From positions 111,965 to 175,964 of the forward strand of contig JAQGDQ010000469.1 of NCBI GenBank assembly GCA_030141605.1: DNA of 64,000 nt, written 5' to 3'. The position numbers were made by a program, and so were the translations under genes. This stretch comes from Tubiluchus corallicola. Its lineage: Eukaryota; Animalia; Priapulida. The notes under the pieces were generated by a model. That model saw only the letters and a list, made by a program, of their open reading frames with translations, was not told the origin of the DNA and ran no database searches. Positions 40,731 to 53,336 of this stretch are shown here, piece after piece. Position 1 is the stretch's first letter. The number at the start of each line of letters is the position of its first letter.

Positions 40731-43700
40731 ATCTGTTTTTTTCTCTATAGTTGTGTTAAAATATGTGCTAATTTGATTTTCAATAAATAGTAAACTAGTG
40801 GAATTTCGTAAAGAATATTTTTATTGACAAACAGAAGATATATATTCCAGTTTATTTAAAGAATTTGCAATAAGTTTACTTTAAGCTGCGTAGCTGTAAC
40901 TAAAATATATCAGGAGTAAAAATATTCAAGACGGGTGCGCAAGGGGTTAGAGGGCAGCTTCTTGTGAAGGGCCCCCATAATATAATTACCCTAGGGGCCC
41001 CAAAAGGGCATAATCCGGCCCTGATACTGAAAGGGAAGCAAAAGAAGTTAGGGAAAAACTACATCATAAGGAGTAAAATATGAGAGAGCTCTCCCGAGCC
41101 TTGCGATCAAAAACTTGAAGACATTGCATGCCCTTTATAGTATCACAAAGTCCCTGAGATGAATAAATAATCATTGCGAGACTCTAAAAGGCATTTAACC
41201 GCTTTTATGTTATAAAAGTTTATTATGTCAACCGCTTTTGAGTTGCACCCAAGTAGTTACTTACTAGTATAATCAGTGAGCTACAGTAATTATTCAGAAA
41301 TTTAAAAGCTAATAGTTAGTACGTCTCGTTTTTCCACATCTCGCCCTATCCCATCACACCGTGCTACATTGCATGCCTTGCAACGTTACATCACATGTCT
41401 TACGTCACATCACATCACAACACCTCACCTCACATCGCATCGCATCACATCACATCACATCACATCACATCACATCATATCATATTCATATTCATAAAAG
41501 CGCGTTCAGACTAAGAAGTTTTCTCGCCAAGCTACCTCGACAAGTAACTCGCAGGCAAGTAACTCGCAGGATATCAGCTCGCGGCAGTTGTCGAACAGTT
41601 TGTAATAACGTGCTGACAGTAACTCGCAAAGCAGTTCACACTTGCGAACTCGTTGTCAGAGAGAAAACTCGCGATTGAATACTCTCTAGTCTAATTACAT
41701 CTCAACTGATTGCATCGCGTCATATCATATGCAGCAGTAATAGGCGTAAACAGTTATAAAATCAAAGATAAATTACGCAAGTGCTTGCGCTATGTGCTTT
41801 GTGAGAAGTTAAACATGTCAGGACTTGATTAGCAAATGAGTGGATGGTCGCTCAGAGATTTTCTTTAAGTATATCATTTGTCATTCTATTCAGGACTTCT
41901 GGCTAACAAATGATGCTGAATGAGGAAAGTGCACGTAATATGTCTGAATGCGGCTGCATCTGCTGGTTCAATGCCTCATTTTAGAAGGCTATCCTAATAA
42001 CGAGGCAGTGCCGGTCCTGCTGGAAAAATCTACATTAAGCAACCCTTGTCGCTGGGTGCTAAATACCGGCTTGTTTGTTTTTTATGCACTGCACAAAAAC
42101 GCAAACATATGCACCGTTAGTATTTCAAGTCACACGCATTCGTGTATATGCTGCACACGCAAGCACGCATTCACGCAGAGTGACACGCTGACACCTATAA
42201 TGACGCTCTAACACAATTTTCAACTTTCGAGCTCCAAAGTGTGTCACGATTGGTTTAGATTAGTCGTTTTCTTTTGAAGTGATTTTACAAAGACTTCGTA
42301 TCAAAGCTGAAGCCTTATAGTTATGCGACCGAGTCAAGGCGCAGAGAACTGATCGTAAATAAACAAAAGTTTTGTCCCAGTAGCCGCCCAAATTTACTCC
42401 ATAGCCGCTACGCCGCGATAATTTGGAGCAAATTGCCCACAAATATAAACACAATTTAGCAGACATGTGATCTGCAAAGGTTGGTTTTGATTAGAAGAGA
42501 GCCGAGTCTTTCGGAAACCCGTTTTGCTTTGACTTCACTGGGAACAGTAGTGCAGCGGAGACTACAAAGGCTGCTGTGTAGCTACAAGGTTTTATAGGCG
42601 TATAATATCGCTGTCATTACAGAATGTTATGTATAAATACGGGTATAGAAAGCCTGCTAACCACGTGTGTAATGGGATTATATTGCTGAATATAACATAG
42701 CCTACGCATTTGTAAGATATCTAAAAAGCAGGTTTGAAGTTGGTAAAAAGATTTAATAATAATAACAATAGCTACAACAACGAGAAAGACAAAAAACAAT
42801 TGCAATCAAAATACATTAATTTTTTAATTAATAGAGGCCTCAAAGTCTTCCTGTAAAAACTAATTAGGTCTATGGTTGGCCTGTTTTTTTAACTTAATTT
42901 TTAACTTAATATAAGTCAGTCTGAATAACGCCTTTTTGTACTGATTACTATTATAAAGTAATCACTGTTTGTTCTGTCCTGCGAGTTTTTCAGAATTTCT
43001 TCCTTAAGTCAAACTTAGGCGATAATGGTGGGTTCACTTAATCATTTCTGTCATCAATTTTGCATAATGAACAAACTCATTAACTCTGGTTTTCTAATTA
43101 GAAATTTAATCATTGATATTATTTGATACACCAAAAGTCGCAATTACGAATTCTGAGTTCTCCCCTCCCGATAAAGGAGCCCGGCTCAAACAACATCACC
43201 GCAGCTTCGCAGGGGACGCCGACCCGCAATTACCGCATCGTTTTGCTTTTCAAATTTTGTTCTAATTAATTCTAAACAAACATTCCGTGAAGCCGTGCGC
43301 CTTGTTCCCGAATCGGATGTTGATTTTGGGGCGGCGCTGGTGTTTGTTAGATTACCGTTACCTATTTGCTAAATGAAAGCCATGTTGGATAACAGTGGAG
43401 CAGTAAATCAGCTGCAGGCCGCATGAGGGCGCGTCGAGGAATGGTCGTCAACGATAAACAATCGAGTAGTTGCATAAAAAATCAATAAATGAGCAGAAAT
43501 CTTTGTTAGAATGTTCTTAAAACTTTGGTTTTACATTCAGCGTACATTTTGTATTCTCAATATGTGTCCAAGTTTCGCTTTAACCATGAGTTTGTTTCTA
43601 ATTCTATAAGAGAAGCCATATAAATTGATGATGCTTGTTGAGGTACTGCCCAACTCCGCCTGCCAAGTTACTTGCTTCAATACTAACTATAATGAATCAG

Positions 43701-44167
43701 CAAGTCCATTTACTTGCCTGTTTTCCTTGCTCTGAACAACTATGCAGGCCTTTAAATCAACAATTAGGCCTAATTTGTGAGTGGCGCGCATTCTGTTCTG
43801 CTAGGCCCACACGAAATTTCGGCGATTTTAATACAGAATCTTGCATAGTAAAAACTACAAGTTTAATTAATTTTGTAATCTGTTACTTAATACGCTGATA
43901 TTGATTAAGCTGCCACCAGCTCAGAGCTTTCATTTGATCAGGGTTTCTAATCATAGCCAGGTAAACTGGACAAGGGTTGATATCACTTCGTATGAAATAT
44001 TTGTCCTTAATCGTAGATATATTTCCAAAGTTTTCCAATAACCCATGATTCCACAAAATGGCCATTACTGCAAGGGCTCAGATTACGTTTGTATTGACTC
44101 AACTATTGTACTCAACTGTTCGGATTATTTATTTATGATCTTATTTATTTAAGTGCATTGTTCTTAG

Positions 44168-45000
44168 GTGAAATGTTATTGTATAATTTTGCAAAATGTT
44201 CAACTTCTGGAACATAATACCGACTGTTGGCTAAAATTTATCACAGATATTTTGAATTGTACAGGATTCTCACATATTTTGGAGGCTCAAAGTACAGGGT
44301 CTACTAGGCCCAAACAATTTATTAATTTACTGAAATCAAAACTGCAAACCAACTATGGAAATTACTGGAAGGAAAATGTCACCAAAGAAACTGATAAAAA
44401 ATATTAACGAAAAGAACAAGTTACGAACTTATTCCAAGTTTAAAAACGAGTTCGTAGAAGAAAAATACTGGTTGGTAATAAAAAAATCCCGTTAAAAGAG
44501 CAAATTTTACAATAAAAATTCCTCTTAGCAATAGACTACGCCATTTTTGTAAAGATAAAAAAATTGATGATGAAAAGCATTTAATTCTTGAATGTAACTA
44601 TGATTTAAGACAGCCTGTTTTCTCATGTCAATGAAATTTTTCTAAACTTTATTAATCTTTCAGTACAGGAGAAATTTGTATTTCTGATGAATGGAAATGA
44701 AGCTGAACTTGCAAATTTAATTTCAAATTAGATTACAGACTGTTTTAAAAGAAGAAAATAATATCTTAGTCGCAGAAAATCATATTCAATTGATAGCAAT
44801 CATATTCGATTACGTTATTGTAATTATATTATTTTTGTAAACGTGTAAATATTATTTACTGTTTAACCTCTACTGTTTCTTTTACTGTTTCAATAATTAT
44901 GACGGTTATACCAAAGTGTTGGGATGCATTGTGTGACGTGTGATTTTTTATGTACATTCATTTGTATATTGTATTGTGTTGTTATTCAATAAACTAAACT
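44168..45000 (+). mobile_element. 5'-truncated, decayed non-LTR retrotransposon (L2/CR1-group ORF2 C-terminus)
   Basis: Frameshifted translation WLKFITDILNCTGFSHI...YWKE...LRTYSKFKNEFVEEKY...FCKDKKIDDEKHLILEC...EKFVFLMN...ITDCFKRRK is typical of LINE RT C-termini with a CCHC-like remnant. It ends in CAATAAACTAAACT. Confidence 0.75.
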
Positions 45001-45876
45001 AGCTTAATGATGCTATAGCAGTCAATTAGGCTTATTGCCTTTGTATATTATGTTGTATTATATTGTATTGTTTTGTATTTTATTGCATTTTATTGTATTC
45101 CATTGTACTGTACTATATATATACATTTTATTGCTTTGTATTATCACTCGCTTATCTTCATCAACAAACTTATTATTATCATTTACAATTCAGTTTAGTG
45201 TAATTACAGCGTTTCCTGTATAATCGAAACCTTTTCCATGCAGGCAGTTATGAAACTGTCTTTCAAGAGTTCCAAACTGAATACAAATTAGTTTTAAAAT
45301 CCACAGTGATTCAGAACACGTTACTTCATTCAAAATGTCTTGAATTGTTATAAATCATCGAGGAAAGTTTAATTTTATTTAACAAATACTTGAGTTAATA
45401 AAGAATTATGAAAGAAAAAGGAAAGCGTAAAGCAAAAACAAAAATTTAATGTAAAACTTTCGAATTTGATTCGACTGGGATGTCTTACTATAGATTCAAA
45501 ACATGCCGTAATTCTGGACTCGTCAAGGTGTTTAGCAAACTGTCTGTAAAGGACACTATGTACGTAAAAAACAAAACAAAAGAATGTAATGACCTTTTAA
45601 ACAATTAGAAGAACCATGAATGCATGCTCTCGTAATCTTGGTGGTTTTTGAAAGTCTAATTTTAAATCTTAAATTTTATCATTCTAAATTATGTTTCAGT
45701 TTAGGGTCTGAAGATCTCCTCGTAAATTATCGCGAAATATTAGCGTTTTGAATAAAAATCATCTATTGACCCATTCATACCGGCTAAGTAATTTGGGATT
45801 TATAGTAAATATTCTTTGCTCTAGGACCTGGAGCCCACTTTTGGCTATTTAAATTTATTTAGCTTTTCATTTTTTC

Positions 45877-45909
<33 letters not shown>

Positions 45910-46201
45910 TAATAATAATAATATTTTGTTTTAGTAATTTGAAAAATTATATTCACCTTTCTCACTGTCTGTAATTTAATTTGGTTTTAGAGCGTGTAAA
46001 AATGTTACAAGCTGTTTTGGGTAGCAAAATTACATAAACACTTTGCTTAATAGGAATTATAAATTTCCACGGTAGAAGAAATTGGGGAATTAAGATTTAA
46101 AATTAAAAAATTATAATTAATAAATTAAATTAAAATATAATAAAATAAAGTAAAATAATATAATATAAATTAAAATAAAATAAATTTGAATTCACACAAT
46201 A

Positions 46202-46678
46202 CTGGTTTGTACAATGAATGTTTTATAGCACACAGTTGTTAGCCAAGGCAAATCTCAGACTAGCTCTGCAGTGCATTTCCAAAGCTGATCTGTAATGTAC
46301 AATGAATGTTTTTTTTCAGAATGGTTAGTCAAGGCAAATCTTAGATTCGCTCTGCAGTGTTTCTTCCAATTCTGGTTTGTACAATGAATGTTCTAGCACG
46401 GCAGTTAGTCAAGGCAAATCTTAGACTAGCGCTGCAGTGTTTTTGCCAATGCTGGTTTGTACTATTAATGCTTTACCACGGCGGTTTGCCAAGGGAAATC
46501 TTAAAGTAACTTGCAGTGTTTTTTCCAAAACTGGTTTGTACAATGAATGTTTTATCACAATGGTTAATCAAGGGAATGTCTTAAATTAGTTCCGCAGTGT
46601 TCTTCCAATGCTGGTTTATATAATGAATGTTTTAGTACAGTGGTTAGTCAACGGAAATCTTAGAGCTCTGCAGTGTTT
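46202..46678. repeat. About 80-bp diverged tandem repeat, 6 copies
   Basis: CTGGTTTGTACAATGAATGTT...GTTAGTCAAGGCAAATCTTAGA...CTGCAGTG recurs at about 46202, 46285, 46372, 46452, 46531 and 46611. Confidence 0.88.
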
Positions 46679-47653
46679 GTTTAAAAGCTTCTTATTGCTG
46701 TCGATATTTGTTTGAAATGGCCTTAAGTTTGAGGGAAACAGTAAACAAGCGCAGAGTACTCTTACCCCAGGGGGATTTCTCAAGGAAATACGATCCACTA
46801 CTAGCGGGAAACTTTGTACAAACACGGATTATCCTGAAGGAAGAGTATTATCCAGAACAAGTAACTGGAGTACAGGGTGGTCACAGTTAATAATTTTATA
46901 AATATTAATTTGTAGGACACTAATTACAACAGTTCCGGTTTATTTGGCACTTACATTAATTCTGCAGATAATTAGGGATATTTGGAAAGAGGCAGTACGT
47001 AGGAGAAATAACATGCAGACTTTGTAGAAATACAGTTTGTTACTGATTCTGCAAATTGTAATTGCAAAATGACATAAACAAAGAATTTTAAGTCCATTTT
47101 TGTAATAAATAGGAAACAACCCTCAAGTTGGCTTAGGTCAAAGGCTAGGATTATGCCTATCACATAACATTATCAACAACTACGAGAAAATATTTAGCTC
47201 GTGGTAAACTTGAGCTACGAAATTATTGAACGCGGTATTTTGCATTGAAGTCAATTCATCTTTAGTGTTCATCTTCTCCAAGTTTAATATTTTATGTAAA
47301 AGTACATTAAAAATCCAATTATAGCTGTCTATGTATGGTGGAACAGACTTTAAGACAGAACAGTAAAGCGGGCTTTCATTTATATGAAAGTATACAAAAA
47401 CAACCTATTTGTACGCATAAATACCTGTAACAATTTCACTGGATGCGAGTCTGAAAGGTATCTAAAGGATTATAAATTTCATTAATCACGGACAAAAATA
47501 AAAAAATCACGTTTATGTTTAAAGTACTTGCTGACGTGGCAATAAATATCGTGCAGGAAACGAAACATGATAATCTAAACATTGAGAAAGTAACCCAGTT
47601 AATTAATAGCCAGAAATTTTCTCAGTGAAAAGCATACAGAGAAAGCTATATTT

Positions 47654-47992
47654 CAGTGGTTCCCAAACTTTCTCGGACCGTTACCCAAATCGGGAAACCC
47701 GGTCGTGTCCATTACCCCCCCCCCCACCTAGTACTACTTCTCCAAGTCAAAAAGTAAACACACGTATATATCACAAGCAAGCAAAATTCTAGCTAGTCCA
47801 ACAAGCGAAAGATTGACCCCATGACACAGTGTTGCCTGCCGGAGGCAGTCTCTTCAAGAAGAAAACTACGTAAAATGCATTCCGAGCGAAGTTTTAAAAA
47901 TTTTCAGAGGGGTGCCCGTTACCCCCCCCCCCCCCCAAAAAAAAACCATATTACCCCCGGGTGGTAATTTACCCCTACTTTGGGAACCACTG
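47654..47992. mobile_element. hAT (Charlie-like) MITE
   Basis: Perfect 14-bp TIRs CAGTGGTTCCCAAA / TTTGGGAACCACTG. The flanking 8-mers CTATATTT and CTATATGG are consistent with a decayed 8-bp TSD. Confidence 0.85.
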
Positions 47993-50900
47993 CTATATGG
48001 GCTAATTAATTTAGAGATCTCAGTCTCGCGATTTGTTCAATTTCGGGTTCTGGAAAAACAGGCTTAATCCCGGATTTTGGAATCGCGATCGGGATTGTAA
48101 ATTTAAATTGAAAACTCACACTAGTGACAGTCTATTGCGGTAAAGTATGTTAATTAAGTTTGGTACTGTTTAGAAAAGTGCTAGAAAAGACTTAAAATAT
48201 GTAAATTAATTTGCGGTCACAAAATGCGGACAGAAGCTGAGCCGTATTTCATAAGAACTTACAACTATTTTCTGTTTTTCATTGAATAATAAAAGTTTGC
48301 CCACAAACTACCAGTGTTAACTTTAAAACAGCATTTTTTGAAAATGGAAAAATGAGAGGTTTTAATAGTTTAGTAAAATATCTGCTTCCTACGGCGCAGC
48401 TAAACGAGGGACAAGAGAAATCCCCCTTACAATGCTTTGCACAACTTACCATCAACTTTTAACTCTAGTCTACTTGTGAGACGTCAATATAATCCTATTG
48501 CTTGTTGAAATTTGTAAGACACGCTTTTTGAGTTCTCACTCCCCTAACTTTATAACTTGGATACGCCCCGCGTCCAGCAAAAAGAGGCACACAAAAACGC
48601 TCATACATTGTTATCCTCCAACCTTTGCTGCTTCAATAAAAGGTGTCAATATCACCTAAATTTTGTTTTCACTTTTGACCCCCAATGGAATCCCAACAGT
48701 TACAACTTTCTGAAAATAGGTAAAAACTACGGCCTGCGTATGTTCAACAAGAATCGTATGTACGCCACGTAGCCAGGATCAATCATTGTCAAATGAATAG
48801 TTGTGAATTTTGGAGCATACAGTCTGGTGACGATTTTAGTTGGGTAATGGGCTGACAAAAGTCGTAATCGTGTCAGCTGCTTGACAGTCTCACGCAACCT
48901 GCACTGTAAATGGTTTCAAGCTCTGCCTTTTAGTTCGTTCCATTTTTTATTATTTTTTCTCTACACGGTTATGCATGTCTACATGATATATATGACTGTT
49001 TTACTCACAGATAAAACTTATTTAACTCACTGGGCTCTGCTTCTATGCGGGTGGGAAGTAAACAACGGGCTGGTCTATTGCAACTTTAATTTCAAGGCCT
49101 CTTAATTGAGGAAAAAAGTTTACCCACTTCTAGCTAATATATACAAGTGTTGTTGAAAAACAGAATTCTACATGTATGCGTGTTGATTTATTAGTGTCAT
49201 GTATGACACGTGCAATGTTGTAATTTATTGCACCCGCGCTTGCAGACCTGTTTTTGCATAGATTTAAATCACAAAAATACGTAGTCTATATTTAAAAATG
49301 CTTAATTTATAGCGACTTATTTGACCTCCCCCAAAAACCTCGCTAGTTGGGGAAATTTATGTTTGGAAAAGTGTCGAAATTGCTGCTTGGTGAATTGTGA
49401 CAAAGTTCAAAATTTAGTAACCTAAAAATATCACAGTCGTGTATAAAATCTGTAATGCGTTAAAAGTAAAAAATATTGTTAATTTACTCGCCACCTGTCT
49501 TGTAATTTTCAAACTTTTGCTTCCTATGTTGACGATGTGAGTAATATCACGAGGTCATCGAGGCATTTTATTGCACTCATAGAAACCCGTCGTGATTATC
49601 ATGCATGATGCTGCGGCGTAAAGCTCTCGAGTGGCATAGATGCTGCATTGTCATTGGTCAATGCTTGTACCCAGTGTTACCTAATGCCTTTGCACTAATT
49701 TATCATGATCTTCTGCTTTTTTTTCTTCTTATTGTGCAATGTTTAAATTGAACATATTGTTTTGATGTTTATTCATACGGCCCACACACTTGAAGTTTAG
49801 TAATTAAATTCAAGTGTATATGGGAAATGAAAACGTATGAGAAACCGTGTTCCTCGTCTCTTGATTCATTTCTCAGTCTGTAGTGAGCAGCTCACTTCTA
49901 GTATTAAACATTAACAATGCTTTTTATAGGTACTAAATTGATTAACAATTACACTGTAATACTTTTTAACTGTATTATGTATAGTGGATTAAACAAATAG
50001 CATGATTCGATAGCCAAGATTCTCCCGAACAGAGCAGTAACTATTTTGCAATCATTTAGTTGTGTCTGTGTTCAGTTCATATAGCAGCAGAAAAGTCATA
50101 AGTTCTGTAAAATCTTTTTTGAATAGGAGTTAATAAATTGAAAAAAATTAAAAGGTGCGATAAGAGTAGAAGTAACGGCAGCAACGCTGGTAAGAACAGC
50201 AACGGCAACAGCAATGGCGGCAGTGTGACAGCAGAACAAGTCAACATTGTAGAAAATCAATTACTGTGATTAACAAATTCAGACTAATTTCTACTATTTG
50301 TGGTTAAATGAAAAATACAAGCAAAATATCGTTTTGCATGAAACCAAAGCAGTTTATTTATAGGCCATTTGTTTTAACAGTTACAGAAAATATACAAACA
50401 CTGAAACTTCTTGTACTATGACGACATACACAGACAATGAAATAAACATTGTTGTGGATTCATCGAGTGATGGTCGTGCGAAGCTCCAATAAACATTTTT
50501 GAATTAAATTTTCAAAGAATGTGCAAATGTTGAATAAAGTGCTTATTTTATCATTTTAATTATAATTCTCCAGTTATTATGTTAAATTATGAATAAGCAT
50601 AATAAAGTGCTTATTTTATCATTTTAATTATAATTCTCCAGTTATTATGTTAAATTATGAACCATGTCAGGTGTAAAACCCGAATCCGGTACAAGCTTGT
50701 CTGTCCAACTGACATTACTAATGAAGTGACAGACAGAATCTTTAAAATTTAAGGTTTCAAAAGTAATTCATAGGCCCAGTATGATTAACAATTAATAATC
50801 ATCAACTTAAATAATGCCTTGTGGTGTTCATACAGTCATAAAAACTATAAAACATGATAAATTTAATAATTATTAATAATTTTCCTTTTTAAATTTCGTA

Positions 50901-50936
50901 CTATTCGTCTGCCAACAAGTCTTCGTCCAGATCATC
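50901..50936 (-). CDS. COPB2: Coatomer subunit beta', terminal coding exon
   Basis: TTCCCTTGCAG acceptor, phase 0; DDLDEDLLADE* parallels the human C-terminus INLDEDILDD. Confidence 0.8.
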   Translation of the reverse strand, partial: DDLDEDLLADE

Positions 50937-52559
50937 CTGCAAGGGAATACAAATGAAACATTTTAATAGTTTTAATAAATCCAGTGGCAGAAATGAGAAT
51001 TCTTAGGGCGCATAATTATAATGGTTGGTGAATTACAGGTTGGAAAATGGTTGGACATCTATCGAAGCGTTGGACACAATTTAAAGTTCTTAATTTCTTA
51101 GTTTAATGATAATTTCAGTGAGTGACACTTGTAGTGCAAACGCTGCTAGACAAGTATATTAGCACGAGGCGACTAGTTTGGCTAGAGGGTCAGCAGAAGA
51201 CGGTAGTACTCATGATGAATACTGATGAATAATTAATAATAATAATGATGATGTACTTAATAATGATGAATTTCCTCGAATGCACTATTCTAAAAATGCA
51301 GAGTAGAGAACTAGCAACACCACAACAGTACAGGCATTTTAATTAGTTTACTTCGCGGGAGAAGTAGCAAAATCAGAAATTTATGCCAGTTAACAACAAA
51401 AAACGAAAAAAGTTAAATAAAATTTTGACGGCAAACACTTGTAAACAAATGTAATAAGAAAATCAAAAATAATCTAAAGTAAATAAATACAATTTGAATT
51501 TTGTATATGTATAGATGTTTTGTATAAACCGTTACAAAGCTTTTAGTAATGAAACACTGTTAGAATGACAATAATACTATTTAATTAAGAAACATATTTC
51601 ACAAAAGCCCGCCGGTGTTGTAACTGTACCAGGTTTCTACTATGTTACTGCAAGCGATAGTAGTTATTTCAACTTACACAGTATTTTATCAACATAACGG
51701 TGGAAAGAAACTGTACACAGACCAGGAAGATCATTGTTTATAAACAGTTTGAAAATATTAGTAAACAAACAATTGTTTTTCTCATACAAATAACACAGTC
51801 ATAAAACAGCAGAAACTCTAAACCAAACGTACTTCAAACAAACCAAAGATTAAAGTGAACAGCTTACTGAAATAAAAAGAATGGCGACAAAATAGGTCCA
51901 TGCGTAGACAAAAATTTTAAAATTTAATGAAAAGTTACTTTGTTTTACAAGAAGAGAAACAAGACAGAAATTGGCTGACTAGTTTAGCAGGCAATAATAA
52001 ACTGTTGCATGTTTTTTCTAAATTATTTACATTTTCGCATTTTAAACAAACACACAATTGAGGAGGCATATTTTAATAGTGCAGATAACCTATCAGCTGT
52101 TGACACGGGGGAACAACAACCCTGCCCCCTGGGGGGTACTGATGTAAACCCGACTGGCGTGTTTGTTTACAAGAAGAAAGCAGTTGCTTTTTTACTCGTT
52201 TCGCTGCCAGCCAAGCTTGTTTCAAGGGCTATCGAATTTGATTTGATACTCGCTCATAAATATTGACGCAAACTGCGAGATCTGTTTGCAAACCGGGAGT
52301 GCACGACTACAGTTGGTCGCAGCGACGAGGAGCTACCGGAATCCGGACCAGCGGGATATCGGATTCGGATTGCAGTCAGAGTAGCTAGCAAGCTGTGAAA
52401 GTAATGGTCGTCATTAGGAGGCTCTGATATTCATGTGATAATCTATTAGACAACTGCTGCTAAGCAAGTTAAAGGCTTGAAACAGAGTAACTGATGAAAT
52501 CAACCGTATTATTATATTATTATTAGTATTGCATTATTAGGAGGTTCAAAAACTGTTCT

Positions 52560-52927
52560 GTTGATGCTAAGAGAAGACTTTTTATAGCATTTATAAGGAA
52601 ATATTGAAAATGTAGTGCAAGTCAAATGTATGTTAGCTACAATGTACATAGTTTTTCCTGCATACGTATGAAAGCTGTGTTTAGTCACAGAAGTAGGCTG
52701 TATTTGAGTCAGAATACTGTTATTAATAACTTGCTGTCCAATACTGATTCAATACTTAGGACGAACATTCTTAAGACGTGGCAAACAATTTTATTTACCC
52801 ACCTTAACTAAGCCTTTACTGTATATAAGCTTACTATGTTTCTGTAAACTAACTCTGTGTTTTTACTTGTGCCTTATTTTTATTATTCTATAAATGTCTG
52901 AAATAAAATAAATAATAATAATAATAA
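52560..52927 (+). mobile_element. 3' end remnant of a non-LTR retrotransposon in the last COPB2 intron (antisense to COPB2)
   Basis: CSASQMYVSYNVHSFSCIRMKAVFSHRSRLYLSQNTVINNLL...W..ILF matches a common LINE ORF2 C-terminal pattern (from memory). It is followed by a T-rich UTR, AATAAA and an (AAT)n tail. Confidence 0.65.
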
Positions 52928-53201
52928 AATCCAGAAAAAAATGCACCGAATTTCTCTTCACTTCTCTGTTTTAACTCGCATTGAATTTAGTGGGAAAGTT
53001 CTTAAGGGTTAAATCAAAACTGGACCCAATCTAAAACTGTAGGTCAAAATAATCTTTTCTGTAAAAATATTGAAAGGAAACATACTGTGTTTTTCAAAAA
53101 TGACTTACGTGAAAGAATTATTACCACACAAAAACAATTTCACGTTAGACGGGCACTAACGCATAGTTTCTAGTAAATATGACAATTCACAAAGGACATA
53201 C

Positions 53202-53336
53202 CCCGGCATCGATGTTGTCATCAACATCCAGATTTTCCAGATCTAGTTCTAGTTCTTTCTCAAGCTGTGCAACAACATCGTTATCCTCCTCTTCCTCATC
53301 TTCGGCTGGTGCTGCTGACTTACTGCTCTGCAAAAA
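53202..53336 (-). CDS. COPB2: Coatomer subunit beta', penultimate coding exon
   Basis: TTTTTCAG acceptor and GTATGT donor, 135 nt, phase 0-0. FLQSSKSAAPAEDEEEEDNDVVAQLEKELELDLENLDVDDNIDAG resembles human LELEVDLDNLELEDIDTT. Confidence 0.82.
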
